Assembly (NCBI GenBank): GCA_002503985.1
Contig: DASW01000006.1
Span: 30,080-94,079 of the forward strand
Direction of reading: 5' to 3'
Origin: Thermoplasmata archaeon UBA61
GTDB lineage: Archaea; Thermoplasmatota; Thermoplasmata; Lutacidiplasmatales; UBA184
DNA length: 64,000 nt
Shown here one piece after another: positions 37,664-48,223 of this stretch. Position numbers and translations under genes: made by a program. The notes beneath the pieces are model-generated. The model was not told the DNA's origin. It did not search any database and saw only the letters and a program-made list of their open reading frames with translations. The first letter of the stretch is position 1. Each line of letters starts with the position of its first letter.

Positions 37664-39289
37664 ATGCTTCAGGGAACTCCGATTCTCGTCCTGAGAGAAG
37701 GGACCGAGCGCGAGCAGGGAAAGAGCGCGACCGCGAACAACATCGCCGCCGCCCGGGCCGTCGCCGACACGGTACGAACGACCCTAGGTCCCCGGGGCAT
37801 GGACAAGATGCTCGTCGACGGGATGGGCGATATCACGATCACGAACGACGGCGTCACGATCCTGAAGGAGGTCGACGTCGAGCACCCGGCCGCCAAGATG
37901 CTGGTCGAGGTCGCTAAGACCCAGGACCAGCAGTGCGGCGACGGGACGACCACGGCGGTCGTGCTCGCCGGGGAGCTCCTCAAGCGCTCGGAATACCTCC
38001 TCGAGCAGAACGTTCACCCGACCGTCATCACCCGCGGCTTCCAGCTCGCGGTGCAGGAGGCAAAACGCCTTCTCGAGACCGAGATCGGAACGACCATTAA
38101 GACCAGCGACGAATCGATCCTCATCGACTGCGCCGCGACCGCGATGGGCTCGAAGGGCGTCTATGGCTCCCGCTCCGAGCTCGCGAAGATCGCCGTCCTC
38201 GCGGTCCAGAGGATCGCCGAGACCCGCGGCGGCAAGACCGTCTGCGACGTCGACCAGATCAAGGTCGAGAAGCGCCACGGGGGCACGATCTCGGACACGG
38301 AGCTCATCCAGGGGATCATCCTCGACAAGGAGCGCGGACACCCGCGCATGCCCTCGGAAGTGACGAACGCGAAGATCGCCCTTCTCAACTCCGCCCTCGA
38401 GATCAAGAAGACCGAGATCGAGAGCAAGATCAACATCAAGAACCCGAACCAGATCCAGAGCTTCCTCGAGGAAGAGGACCGGACGTTCCACAAGATGGTC
38501 GACGCCATCAAGGCGCTCGGCGCGAACGTGGTTGTCTGCCAGAAGGGGATCGACGACGTCGTCCTCCACTACCTCGCGAAGCAGGGCATCTACGCCGTGA
38601 AGCAGGTCAAGGAGTCGGACCTTCAGAAGCTCGCCCGCGCGACCGGCGGAAAGATCGTGACCGGGATCAAGGAGCTCACCAGCGCGGACCTCGGCTCGGC
38701 CGCTAAGGTCGATGAGCACAAGGTCGGTGACGACAAGATGACGTTCGTCACCGGTTGCGCCAATCCCCGATCCGTCTCGATCCTCATCCGGGGCGGCACC
38801 GAACACGTCACGCAGGAGGTCGAGCGCTCGCTCCACGACGCGCTCAAGGTCGTCTCGAGCGTCATCGAGGACGGGGTCGTCTGCCCCGGCGGTGGCGCGA
38901 CCGAGATCGACCTCGCGGTGAAGCTGCGCAAGTGGGCCGGTACAGTTGGCGGCCGCGAGCAGCTCGCGGTCGAGGCGTTCGCTCAGGCGCTCGAATGCAT
39001 CCCGTGGGCCCTCGCCGAGAACGGCGGGTACGACTCGATCAACACCCTCATCGACCTTCGCAGCGCCCACGACGGACCCAACGCGAACAAGAACGCCGGG
39101 ATCAACCTCCAGGACGGGAAGTCGGCCGACATGTGGAAGCTCCACGTCATCGAGCCGCTCCGTGTCAAGAGCCAGGCGCTCAGCTCCGCAACGGAGGTCG
39201 CGACCATGATCCTGCGGATCGACGACATCATCGCGTCCAAGAAGGGCGGCGGCGGGGCTCCCGGCGGTCCGGGTGGCCACCAACACTAG
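37664..39289 (+). CDS. ths: Thermosome subunit (group II chaperonin)
   Basis: [20 protein letters not shown], the ATP-binding GDGTTT, and a C-terminal GGAPGG tail. 541 aa. Confidence 0.95.
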   Translation: MLQGTPILVLREGTEREQGKSATANNIAAARAVADTVRTTLGPRGMDKMLVDGMGDITITNDGVTILKEVDVEHPAAKMLVEVAKTQDQQCGDGTTTAVVLAGELLKRSEYLLEQNVHPTVITRGFQLAVQEAKRLLETEIGTTIKTSDESILIDCAATAMGSKGVYGSRSELAKIAVLAVQRIAETRGGKTVCDVDQIKVEKRHGGTISDTELIQGIILDKERGHPRMPSEVTNAKIALLNSALEIKKTEIESKINIKNPNQIQSFLEEEDRTFHKMVDAIKALGANVVVCQKGIDDVVLHYLAKQGIYAVKQVKESDLQKLARATGGKIVTGIKELTSADLGSAAKVDEHKVGDDKMTFVTGCANPRSVSILIRGGTEHVTQEVERSLHDALKVVSSVIEDGVVCPGGGATEIDLAVKLRKWAGTVGGREQLAVEAFAQALECIPWALAENGGYDSINTLIDLRSAHDGPNANKNAGINLQDGKSADMWKLHVIEPLRVKSQALSSATEVATMILRIDDIIASKKGGGGAPGGPGGHQH

Positions 39290-39391
39290 GTAGGCCGGTC
39301 GAAGCTCGGCCCAACTCGTTCCACGGGCCGGACCCCCTTCGTGGGGCCCGGTCCGAAGCCTTCTTAACGCAAGGGCGGTAGGTCGCTCGCC

Positions 39392-39793
39392 ATGCGGACC
39401 AAGCCGGTCGAGGGGGTGCTCCGCCTCGACGTGGTGGCCCTGGACCCCCGTCCGGCGGTCTACCTCGCCTACGACGGCCTCGCGGGCGTCAGCCAGCGCC
39501 CGATCCTCCGCGACCTCATCGAGGAGCTCGAGCGCAAGGGCCCCGAGGAGCTCGGGAAGTTCCTCGAGGCGCTGCGGCGCCGACGGTCCGGGATGGTCCA
39601 TGTCTACTTCTCCGACTACGTGAGCTACGGGATCGGCGGCGGGGACGCGGCGGCCGAGTTCTTCCTCGGCACGTTCCTCCTCCTCCACGAACCGGCCCGC
39701 CCGGCGGGAAAGGACCCGGCGATCCCCGAGCACCTCGCGCTCTTCCGCCCCGGAGGCGTCGAGCGCCTCGCGGTCGAGCCCACGGCCCGATAG
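39392..39793 (+). CDS. Hypothetical protein
   Basis: 133-aa ORF downstream of the thermosome gene. No recognisable motifs. Confidence 0.35.
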   Translation: MRTKPVEGVLRLDVVALDPRPAVYLAYDGLAGVSQRPILRDLIEELERKGPEELGKFLEALRRRRSGMVHVYFSDYVSYGIGGGDAAAEFFLGTFLLLHEPARPAGKDPAIPEHLALFRPGGVERLAVEPTAR

Positions 39794-39847
39794 GGCCCCT
39801 TTCGACACGAACCATTTTCTGCCCGGTCACGTCTCGCCCGTCGTCGG

Positions 39848-41326
39848 ATGGCCGAAGAGAACCGTCTCGAGCAGGACCGTAAGGCGAAGGTCGCCCGCTG
39901 GCGCGCGGAAGGTAAAGAACCCTATCCCTGGTCGTTCCCCGACCGCTCTCCTACCGAGCGGGTCCGCGAGGCGTGCCGGACCCTGAAGCCGGGCGAGGAG
40001 GCTCCCCCCGCCCCGCCCGTCCGTGTCGCGGGCCGGCTCATGGCGGTCCGCCAGCACGGCCGGACCGCGTTCGCCGACCTCGAGGACCTATCGGGGTCGC
40101 TCCAGCTCCTCCTGCGGGTCGACGAGCTCGGCGAGGGTCCGTACAATGGATGGCTCGCGGACCTCGACCCCGGGGACATCATCGGCGCCGAAGGGACCCC
40201 CATCGTCTCTCGCCGCGGCGAGCCCTCGCTCCTCGTCCGTTCCCTCACCTTGCTCGCGAAGGCGGTCCGACCGCCCCCCGAGAAGTTCCACGGGCTCCAG
40301 GACGTGGAGGAACGCCTGCGCCGACGCTATGTCGACCTCCTCTCCTCGTCGGAAGCGCGCGCCCGCTTCCGGACCCGCACGCTGCTCGTCCGGGAGATCC
40401 GCCGGTACTTTGACGACGCCGGCTTCCTCGAGGTCGAGACGCCGGTGCTCACGTCGGTCGCGGGCGGGGCCGCGGCCGCGCCGTTCGTCACCCGCTCGAA
40501 CTACCTCGACGCCGAGCTCCGTCTTCGGATCTCGATCGAGCTTCCGCTCAAGCGACTGCTCGTCGGGGGGCTCGAGCGGGTCTACGAGCTCTCGAAGGCG
40601 TTCCGCAACGAGGACCTGGACAGCATCCACTCGCCGGAGTTCACCGAGTTCGAGGCGTACTGGGCCTACGCGGACTATCACGACATGCGCCACCTCATGG
40701 AGGGGCTCTTCGAGCGGCTCGCCCACCGCACCCTCGAGCTGTGTCCCGGCGACAGCGTGGTCGAAGCCGCCGCGAAGCGGTTCCTTCCTCCGTTCCCCAC
40801 CGTCGATTTCGTGGACGCCCTCGAGGAACGGAGCGGCATCCCCGACCTGCTCTCCAAGAGTCGCGAAGAGCTGCGCGAGCTCGCCCGAGCCGTCGGCTCG
40901 ACCGTCCCCGACAACTCCTCGAACGGGACGTTCCTCGACAAGCTCTTCGAGCACTACGTGGAGCCGACGTTCGACCGGGTGACCTTCGTGGTCGACTACC
41001 CGGCGGCGACCACTCCCCTCGCGAAGCGCCATCGCTCGAAGCCCGGACGGGTGGAGCGGTTCGAAGTGTTCCACCCGGGGTTCGAGCTCGCGAACGCCTA
41101 CACCGAGCTCAACGACCCGGACGAACAGGAGGCCCGCTTCCGGTCCCAGCTCGGAGAACGGGGGGACGACCGATATGCGTTCGACGAGGACTACGTGAGC
41201 GCGCTCGGCTACGGGCTCCCGCCGTGCACCGGGGTCGGCTTCGGGGTCGACCGGGTCCTCATGGGGCTCCTCGGGATCCCGTCGATCAAAGAGGTCATTC
41301 TCTTTCCGCTGATCCGGTCCCGCTAG
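39848..41326 (+). CDS. lysS: Lysyl-tRNA synthetase, class II
   Basis: OB-fold anticodon-binding N-domain. Class II motifs: motif 2 (FRNEDLDSIHSPEFTEFEAY) and motif 3 (GLPPCTGVGFGVDRVLM). RRRYVDLL is collinear with bacterial and eukaryotic LysRS-II. Confidence 0.9.
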   Translation: MAEENRLEQDRKAKVARWRAEGKEPYPWSFPDRSPTERVREACRTLKPGEEAPPAPPVRVAGRLMAVRQHGRTAFADLEDLSGSLQLLLRVDELGEGPYNGWLADLDPGDIIGAEGTPIVSRRGEPSLLVRSLTLLAKAVRPPPEKFHGLQDVEERLRRRYVDLLSSSEARARFRTRTLLVREIRRYFDDAGFLEVETPVLTSVAGGAAAAPFVTRSNYLDAELRLRISIELPLKRLLVGGLERVYELSKAFRNEDLDSIHSPEFTEFEAYWAYADYHDMRHLMEGLFERLAHRTLELCPGDSVVEAAAKRFLPPFPTVDFVDALEERSGIPDLLSKSREELRELARAVGSTVPDNSSNGTFLDKLFEHYVEPTFDRVTFVVDYPAATTPLAKRHRSKPGRVERFEVFHPGFELANAYTELNDPDEQEARFRSQLGERGDDRYAFDEDYVSALGYGLPPCTGVGFGVDRVLMGLLGIPSIKEVILFPLIRSR

Positions 41327-41375
41327 TTCTCCGACCCCATCGGAGTTATACCTAAAGCGAGCGGATGGAGATAGG

Positions 41376-42182
41376 ATGGCGACCGCCTACCCCGCGAGCA
41401 GCTCGGTCCCGCTCGCGCTCGAGGGGATCTCGGTCGCCTACGGGGAGCGGCCGGCGGTCCAGCAGCTCTCCCTCACCGTGCAGCCGGGGGAGATCTACGG
41501 TCTCCTCGGGTCGAACGGCGCGGGAAAGACCAGCACGATCAAGGCGATCGTCGGGCTCGTGCGCCCGGTCGCCGGCGAGATCCGGGTCTTCGGGCTCGAC
41601 GCGCTCCGCGATGGGCTCGCGACCAAGGCCCGGATCGGCTACGTTCCCGAGACCTCGATGCTCTACGAGGCGCTGACCCCCCGGGAGTTCCTCGAGTTCG
41701 TCGCGAGCGTGCGTCAGATGGACGCGGCGACGGCCACCCGGCGCATGCGCAGCTACGCGGAGGCGTTCCGGCTCGAGGCCGAGCTGGAGGAGCCGATCGC
41801 CACGCTCTCGAACGGCACCCGGCAGAAGGTACTGATCATCGCGGCGCTCCTGCACGCGCCGCCCCTGCTCGTTCTGGACGAACCGCTCAACAGTCTCGAC
41901 CCGCGGTCGGTCCGGATCATGAAGGACGTGCTCCTGCGCTACGTCGCGAGCGGGGGCCGCGGCGTGCTGTTCTCGACCCACACGATGGAGGTCGCCGAGC
42001 AGCTCTGCCAGCGGGTCGGGATCCTCGACCGAGGGGTGCTCCGGGGGGAGGGGAGCCTCGCCGCGCTTCGGGAGCGGGTCGCGGCGGGCGACGCCTCGCT
42101 CGAGGAGATCTTCCTGCGCCTCACGGAGGAGGATGTGGGGGTGCGGGCCGCGGTCGACTCCCTCGGCGACCCCTCGGTATGA
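41376..42182 (+). CDS. ABC transporter ATP-binding protein (ABC-2 type)
   Basis: Walker A GSNGAGKTST, signature LSNGTRQK, and Walker B LLVLDEP. Confidence 0.85.
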   Translation: MATAYPASSSVPLALEGISVAYGERPAVQQLSLTVQPGEIYGLLGSNGAGKTSTIKAIVGLVRPVAGEIRVFGLDALRDGLATKARIGYVPETSMLYEALTPREFLEFVASVRQMDAATATRRMRSYAEAFRLEAELEEPIATLSNGTRQKVLIIAALLHAPPLLVLDEPLNSLDPRSVRIMKDVLLRYVASGGRGVLFSTHTMEVAEQLCQRVGILDRGVLRGEGSLAALRERVAAGDASLEEIFLRLTEEDVGVRAAVDSLGDPSV

Positions 42183-43843
42183 GCTGGAGGGAGGCCCTCC
42201 GCCTGAGCAACGTCGCGTTCACCGAGCTCTCGCTGCAGGCGGTCTATGCGTTCCGGCAGGGGAACGTCCTGCCGCCGGGCCGCTCGAAGAACCTCGTAGC
42301 CCGCTCGCGGCGTCTCGTCGTCCAGAGCAAGGTCGTCATCAGCGCGGTGCTCGCGCTGTTGACCCTGGGCGCCGCCGCCATCCTTCACCTGAAGGCGCAG
42401 AGCCCCCAGATCTTCTCCAGCATTCCGGCAGGGCTCTTCCAGAGCGCCATCCTGACGGGGCTCCTCAGCCTCGACATCGCTCTCCTGTGGTGGACCGGGG
42501 TCCAGGTGATCCCCACGCTGATCTCCTCGGGCGTCCTCCCCGTGCTCGAACCGCTCCCGATCGACCCCCGGACCTTCCGACGGGTCGCGGGCATCCTGTA
42601 CCTGCGCCTCTTCGACTTCCCCGCCCTCACGATCATCATCCTGACCCCCATCGCGGTCGGTATCGCCCTGGGGCCGCTCGCCGGGCTCGCGGCCCTGCCG
42701 GGCGCGGTCGTGGCGGTCATCTATGCGCTCGCCCTCTCGCTCCTGACCGGTCGGTTCTTCCTCCGCCGGGTCCAGGGTTCCCGTGGCGGTGGCGGCCGTA
42801 CGGTCGTCCGCTGGGCGTACCTGGTCCTCTGGCTCGTCCCGGCGTTCGCCATGTTCGGTTTCATCACCGCGGCACCGGCGTTCTTCCGTGCCCTGGGCGG
42901 GCTCGCCGTCCAGGGTCCGTCCGTCGGCAGTGGACTGCTCGTCGCGGCGTTCCCGTTCTCGTTCGCGGCGCTACCGGCAATCGTGGCGGGCGGACCCTCG
43001 TCGGTCGCGATCCTCTCTCCCACCCTCGACCTGGTGCTCGGGGTGGCCGCCGCGGCGTACCTGGCGCTGGCCGCCTGGTCGGTCGTCTGGCTGTCCCGTT
43101 CGGTCCGGACCCTTCTGTTCCTGCCGGTCCTCACCTCGGTGAGCCCCCCGGCAGCCACGTTCTCCCTTCGGCCGATGAGCCGCGCCCGGGCGGTGCTGGT
43201 GAAGGACCTTCGCATCGCCAGCCGGACCCCGGGCTACGCGTTCCTGATCCTCCTGCCGATCCTGGACGCCGGGGCGCTCGGGTTGCTCACGTACGCGACC
43301 CCGGCACAGAACCCGGTCGCCGCCTCGCTCGCCCTCGGCGCCGTCACCACCGCCGCGCTCCTCGCAACCTTCTTTGGCCCGGCGTTCTTCGCCATCGAAG
43401 TGATCGCGTATTCCTACGGTCGGAGCCTCCCGCTCTCCAACCGGTCGGTCATCCTCGGGAAGGTGGCGCTGATCGGTTCCATGTACCTCATCGCGGCGGC
43501 CCTCATCGTGGGGCTCACGCTCCTGCGCTTCTTCGAGCCGTTCACCTTCGTCGCGTTCGTCCTCGTGGAGCTGCCGGCGGTGCTCGGCGCGGCGCTCTTC
43601 GAGCTCGGGCTCCTCTTCCGCTGGGCCCGACGCCGCGGCCTCGCGATCACGAACCTGTACGCCGGGGCGTGGGTCGCGGTCCTCGTCTCCGTCCCCGGGC
43701 TCATCATGGCCGGGCTTCCCCCTCTCCTCTTTGACCTGGCCCGGTCGTCGGGTGTCGGCTTCGGCCTGGAGGTCATGACGCTCGTGGCGGTCGTGGAGCT
43801 CGCGATCTCGATGCCGGTCGCCTTTGGGAGGGGAGCCTCCTGA
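42179..43843 (+). CDS. Large polytopic membrane protein, putative ABC-2-type permease partner
   Basis: The ATG overlaps the ATPase stop (ATGA). 554 aa with 12 or more hydrophobic helices. Its stop overlaps the inferred valS start. Confidence 0.55.
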   Translation: MSWREALRLSNVAFTELSLQAVYAFRQGNVLPPGRSKNLVARSRRLVVQSKVVISAVLALLTLGAAAILHLKAQSPQIFSSIPAGLFQSAILTGLLSLDIALLWWTGVQVIPTLISSGVLPVLEPLPIDPRTFRRVAGILYLRLFDFPALTIIILTPIAVGIALGPLAGLAALPGAVVAVIYALALSLLTGRFFLRRVQGSRGGGGRTVVRWAYLVLWLVPAFAMFGFITAAPAFFRALGGLAVQGPSVGSGLLVAAFPFSFAALPAIVAGGPSSVAILSPTLDLVLGVAAAAYLALAAWSVVWLSRSVRTLLFLPVLTSVSPPAATFSLRPMSRARAVLVKDLRIASRTPGYAFLILLPILDAGALGLLTYATPAQNPVAASLALGAVTTAALLATFFGPAFFAIEVIAYSYGRSLPLSNRSVILGKVALIGSMYLIAAALIVGLTLLRFFEPFTFVAFVLVELPAVLGAALFELGLLFRWARRRGLAITNLYAGAWVAVLVSVPGLIMAGLPPLLFDLARSSGVGFGLEVMTLVAVVELAISMPVAFGRGAS

Positions 43844-46527
43844 GCGCGCCGACGCTGCCCCCGCGCTTCGACCCGAAGGAGATCGAGGCGCGTTGGCAGA
43901 AGGAGTGGGACGAACGGGAGGTCGCTCGCGGTCCCGAGCGGCCCAAGGGCCCGACCTACTCGATCGTCCTTCCCCCGCCCAACGTCACCGGCGCTCTCAC
44001 CATCGGTCACATGCTGGGCGACACGGTGATGGACATCCTGATCCGCCACCATCGGATGCGCGGCGACGCCACGCTCTGGGTCCCGGGCCTCGACCACGCC
44101 GGTCTCGCGACCCAGGTGGAGGTGCGCCGTCGCCTGCAGAAGCAGGGGGTCCGGTTCGAGGAGCTCCCGCGCGAGCAGGCCCTCCACGAAATCGGGCTCT
44201 GGAAGGAAGAGCACGAGAACCGGATCCGGGAGCAGACCCGCGCCGGCGGCTTCTCCATCGACTGGACCCGCTATCGGTACACCATGGACGCGGGGAGCGT
44301 CCGCGCGACCCGCGAGGTGTTCGTCCGCCTCCACACGGACGGCCTCGTCTACCGCGGCGAACGCATGGTCAACTGGGACCCGAAGCTCCGAACGGCCATC
44401 AGCGACCTCGAGGTCGTCCGAACCGAGGAGGACGGGTCGCTTGACTACCTACGCTACCTCTGGGCCGACGGCAGCCCCGGTGGGCTCGAGGTCGCGACGG
44501 TCCGGGTGGAGACGATCTTCGGCGATGTGGCGGTCGCCGTCCACCCGGACGACGAGCGGTATCGCTCCTTGATCGGCCGGGAGGTCATCGTCCCGCTCAC
44601 CGACCGCAAGGTCCCGATCATCACGGACAGCGCGATCGACCCCGCGTTCGGCGCCGGCGCTCTCAAGGTGACCCCCCGACACGACCTCGTCGATTACGAG
44701 GTCTTCCTCCGGCATCCGGGCCTCTCGATGCCCCCCGACATCCTGGACGAGTCGGGTCGGCTCGCGGGCGATTGGGTCCCCGCCGAGTACCGGGGCATGG
44801 ACCGGGACGACGCCCGCGCGAAGGTGCTGGAGGCGCTCGAACGGGCCGGCCTCCTGCTCCGACGCCAGCCGTACCGTCACTCCGTCGCGCGGTCCGAGCG
44901 GTCCGAGGCCGTGATCGAACCGCGGCTCTCCGTCCAGTGGTTCGTCCGGATGCGGTCCCTGGCCGCGCCTGTGGTGGAGGCGGTCCGGCGGGGCGAGATC
45001 CACATCCACCCGGCCCGCTGGGAGCGCTCCTTCTACCGCTGGATGGAGGAGATCCAGGACTGGTGCATCTCCCGGCAGCTCCTGTGGGGGCACGCCATCC
45101 CCGTGTACCACTGTCGGGCGTGCCAACGCGAGATCGTAGCGGTGGACGCTCCGAGCGTGTGCGACCGGTGCGGTTCCTTGAACCTGTCGGCGGACCCGGA
45201 CGTGCTCGACACGTGGTTCACGTCGTGGCTCTGGCCGTTCCTCGCCCTCGGCTGGCCCGAGCGGACCGCCGACCTCGACCACTACTACCCGACGAACGTC
45301 CTCGTCACCGGCCGGGACATCATGTTCTTCTGGGTCGCCCGGATGATGATGGCCGGCTACTACTTCCGCAACGCCCGGCCGTTCTCGGACGTCTACTTCA
45401 CCGGCATGATCCGGGACGAACAGGGTCGACGCATGTCGAAGCACCTCGGGAACTCCCCCGACCCGCTCGACCTCGTTCGCGAGCGCGGCGCGGACGCGCT
45501 CCGCTTCGCGCTCGTCTTCCCGAACCCGACCGACGAGGACGGCCCGTTCGGCTCCGCCGCCCTGGACGGAGGGCGGAACTTCCTCACGAAGGTCTGGAAC
45601 CTCGTTCGGTTCAGCTTGGCGTTCGTCCCCCCGGGGACGCTCCCCCCGGCGGGCCCGCCGACCCTGTCCGCCTCGAGCGCGCTCGAGAACCGCTGGGTGC
45701 TCTCCCGGTACCGCCACGCCGTGGAGGAGGTCGACCGCGCGCTCGCGGAGTTCCGACCCACGCAGGCCGCCACGGCGCTCTACGACTTCCTCTGGCACGA
45801 CCTCGCGGACCGCTACGTGGAGATCGCGAAGGAGGCGCTCCTCGGCCGCCGCGGAGAGCCCGCCCAGCGGGAGGCCCGCGCCACGCTCCTCTTCGTCGTG
45901 GAACGCTCGCTCCGCCTCCTCCACCCGTTCGTTCCCCACGTCACCGAGGAGCTCTGGCACGCCCTTCCGCACCCGGACGCCCTTCTCGCGACCTCCGCCT
46001 GGCCTCGCGCGGACGAGGCCCCCTCCGACCCGGTCGCCGAGCTCGAGATGGAACCCGTCCTGGAGACCGTCCGCCTCCTCCGAAACCTGCGTTCCGAGGA
46101 GAAGGTCCTGCTCGAGGCGACCCCGAAGGCCTGGGTCCGCCCGAACGGCCCCGAGGCCGCGAGGATCCTCGCCGCCGAGCGGGGCACGGTGGAACGCCTC
46201 GTCCGCCTCCGGTCGCTCGAGCTCCTCGGTGAAGCGGAACAGGTTCCGGCCGGGACGGGACGCCGGGTCGCGGCGTTCGGGGAATGCTTCCTCGAACGAC
46301 CGGTCGCTTCGGGAGCCACGGCGGTGGCTCTCCTCAAGGAGCGGGAGAAGCTCCACGCTCTTCTCGAGAAGACCCGGGCCCGCCTCGCCGACCCCGGGTT
46401 CCGGGACCGGGCGCCGCCCGAGGTCGTTCGGGAAGCCGAGGGCAAGGCGACGGAGCTCGCGGAGCGGGTCCGGCGTATCGACGAGCATTTGAAGGAGGAC
46501 GGTGCGTCGTCCGGGACACCTCCATGA
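43840..46527 (+). CDS. valS: Valyl-tRNA synthetase
   Basis: HIGH region PPPNVTGALTIGHML, KMSKS (RMSKHLGN), and the editing and anticodon-binding domains. The first canonical start in frame (ATG 44011) lies inside the HIGH motif. The conserved N-terminus LPPRFDPKEIEARW begins at a CTG (43840) that overlaps the upstream stop (CTGA). The 5' boundary is therefore uncertain. Confidence 0.8.
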   Translation: MSAPTLPPRFDPKEIEARWQKEWDEREVARGPERPKGPTYSIVLPPPNVTGALTIGHMLGDTVMDILIRHHRMRGDATLWVPGLDHAGLATQVEVRRRLQKQGVRFEELPREQALHEIGLWKEEHENRIREQTRAGGFSIDWTRYRYTMDAGSVRATREVFVRLHTDGLVYRGERMVNWDPKLRTAISDLEVVRTEEDGSLDYLRYLWADGSPGGLEVATVRVETIFGDVAVAVHPDDERYRSLIGREVIVPLTDRKVPIITDSAIDPAFGAGALKVTPRHDLVDYEVFLRHPGLSMPPDILDESGRLAGDWVPAEYRGMDRDDARAKVLEALERAGLLLRRQPYRHSVARSERSEAVIEPRLSVQWFVRMRSLAAPVVEAVRRGEIHIHPARWERSFYRWMEEIQDWCISRQLLWGHAIPVYHCRACQREIVAVDAPSVCDRCGSLNLSADPDVLDTWFTSWLWPFLALGWPERTADLDHYYPTNVLVTGRDIMFFWVARMMMAGYYFRNARPFSDVYFTGMIRDEQGRRMSKHLGNSPDPLDLVRERGADALRFALVFPNPTDEDGPFGSAALDGGRNFLTKVWNLVRFSLAFVPPGTLPPAGPPTLSASSALENRWVLSRYRHAVEEVDRALAEFRPTQAATALYDFLWHDLADRYVEIAKEALLGRRGEPAQREARATLLFVVERSLRLLHPFVPHVTEELWHALPHPDALLATSAWPRADEAPSDPVAELEMEPVLETVRLLRNLRSEEKVLLEATPKAWVRPNGPEAARILAAERGTVERLVRLRSLELLGEAEQVPAGTGRRVAAFGECFLERPVASGATAVALLKEREKLHALLEKTRARLADPGFRDRAPPEVVREAEGKATELAERVRRIDEHLKEDGASSGTPP

Positions 46528-47528
46528 AGCCTCCCTCGCGCCCGTCGAAGGCGAGCCCGAAGAAGAAGCGCTCCGCCGTCGGTCCGAAGTCCCCGTTGCC
46601 CGTCAAGATCGAGATGGTCAAGCTCTCCGGCGGGGCCCGGCCCCATCCGGCGCTCGGCCTTGGCCTGTGGGCGTCCGGCCGCTGGACCAACGAGGACGAG
46701 GCGCGCACGAAGGCGACCATCGGACGCGCGTACGAGCGCGGGATGCGATGGTTCGACACCGCCGAGGTCTACGGGAACGGCCGCTCCGAACGCGTGCTCG
46801 GGGAGGTGCTCGCGCGGGCCCCGGGCACCGCTCCGGATGCCTACGTGGTCACCAAGGTCTCCTGGGAACACCTTCGAGCGAACCAGGTGCGGGCAAGCCT
46901 GATCGGCAGCCTGGAGAGGTTGGCCCGACGCTCGGCCGACCTCTACCTTGTCCACGCCCCCGACGCCCACGTCCCCCTGTCCGAGACGATGGGCGCCCTC
47001 GAGGCGCTCTGGAAGGAAGGGAAGGTGGGCGCGATCGGCGTTTCCAACTTCTCGGTCGAGGAGCTCGAGGAGGCCGCTCGGCACCTTTCCGAGGCGAAGA
47101 TCGTGGTGAACCAGCTTCGCTACAACCTGTTCCTTCGGGATGACGTGGACCCCGTGCGGGAGTACTGCCGGGCGCACAACATCCTCATCGAGGCGTACAC
47201 CCCGCTCGCCCGGGGCCTCCTGCACGGACGCTACCTGGACGGCACGAAGGTCCCGAAGGAGGTGCGCCAGTTCGCGAACCGACTGTTCGAGCCCGACATG
47301 CTCCCCCAGATCCTCGCACGGGGTCGCGCGCTCCGAGACCTCGCGAACGACGCGGGCGTTCCTCTTGCCTCGATCGGGCTCCACTGGCTGCGGAAGATGG
47401 GCACCGTCCCGGTCTTCGGCGCGAGCCGGCCGGAGCAAATCGATTCCAACCTGGCCGCGTGGGCGGTCCGTCCTCCCGACCGCGTCCTCGATCGGGCCGA
47501 CCGCATCGCGCGGGGGGATCGTGCTTAG
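46524..47528 (+). CDS. Aldo/keto reductase
   Basis: The ATG overlaps the valS stop (ATGA). The AKR core starts at MVKLSGG (about 46614). A 30-aa Lys/Pro-rich N-terminal extension precedes it if 46524 is the real start. Motifs: FDTAEVYG and the HW.D region. Confidence 0.75.
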   Translation: MKPPSRPSKASPKKKRSAVGPKSPLPVKIEMVKLSGGARPHPALGLGLWASGRWTNEDEARTKATIGRAYERGMRWFDTAEVYGNGRSERVLGEVLARAPGTAPDAYVVTKVSWEHLRANQVRASLIGSLERLARRSADLYLVHAPDAHVPLSETMGALEALWKEGKVGAIGVSNFSVEELEEAARHLSEAKIVVNQLRYNLFLRDDVDPVREYCRAHNILIEAYTPLARGLLHGRYLDGTKVPKEVRQFANRLFEPDMLPQILARGRALRDLANDAGVPLASIGLHWLRKMGTVPVFGASRPEQIDSNLAAWAVRPPDRVLDRADRIARGDRA

Positions 47529-48180
47529 GCTCGTCGCGCTCGACATGGACGGGACGCTCGTCGACGTGGCGAGCTCCTGGCGGGTCATCCACGACCATTT
47601 CGACGACCACAACGACGAGGGGCTTCGCCGCTTTCTCGCGAACCAGATCGACGACGAGGAGTTCATCCGCATGGACATCCGCGTCTGGTGGCGCCACGCC
47701 CCCCAGCTCACGGTCGACGACCTCGAGCGGATCCTGGCGCCGGTCCCGCTCATGCCCGGGGCCGCCGAGCTCATCGATGGTCTCCACGCCCTGGGCGCGC
47801 GCACGGCGATCGTGAGCGGGGGCCTCGACCTCCTCGCTCGGCGCGTCGCGCGAGAGCTCGGGATCGAGGTCGCGCTCGCGAACGGCGTCCGGGTCGACGC
47901 CGAGGGTCGTCTCACGGGCGAGGGGATCGTACGGGTCCCGATCCACGGGAAGGAGGGCGTTCTCGCCCAGCTCCAGCGTCAGCTCGAGGTTTCGCCTGAC
48001 GAGACGGCGTCCGTTGGGAACTCCGAGATCGACGTAGGCCTCTTCCGCCGCAGCCGGGTCGGCGTCGCGTTCCGGCCCGAGGACGACACGGTTAGGAACG
48101 CCGCGACCGCGGTCGTCACCGAGCGGAACCTCGCCCTCGTCCTGGACGCGCTCGGCGAGTTCCGCCGGGCCTCCCCGTGA
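47521..48180 (+). CDS. HAD-superfamily hydrolase (phosphoserine-phosphatase-like)
   Basis: HAD motif I (ALDMDGTL), motif II (IVSGG), and motif III with the GNSEIDVG Asp-containing loop. GTG start at 47521, or ATG at 47546. Confidence 0.7.
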   Translation: MLRLVALDMDGTLVDVASSWRVIHDHFDDHNDEGLRRFLANQIDDEEFIRMDIRVWWRHAPQLTVDDLERILAPVPLMPGAAELIDGLHALGARTAIVSGGLDLLARRVARELGIEVALANGVRVDAEGRLTGEGIVRVPIHGKEGVLAQLQRQLEVSPDETASVGNSEIDVGLFRRSRVGVAFRPEDDTVRNAATAVVTERNLALVLDALGEFRRASP

Positions 48181-48223
48181 CCGGATAGCCTTTTACCCCG
48201 CCTCTCGGTCCCCGGCCCCTCCG

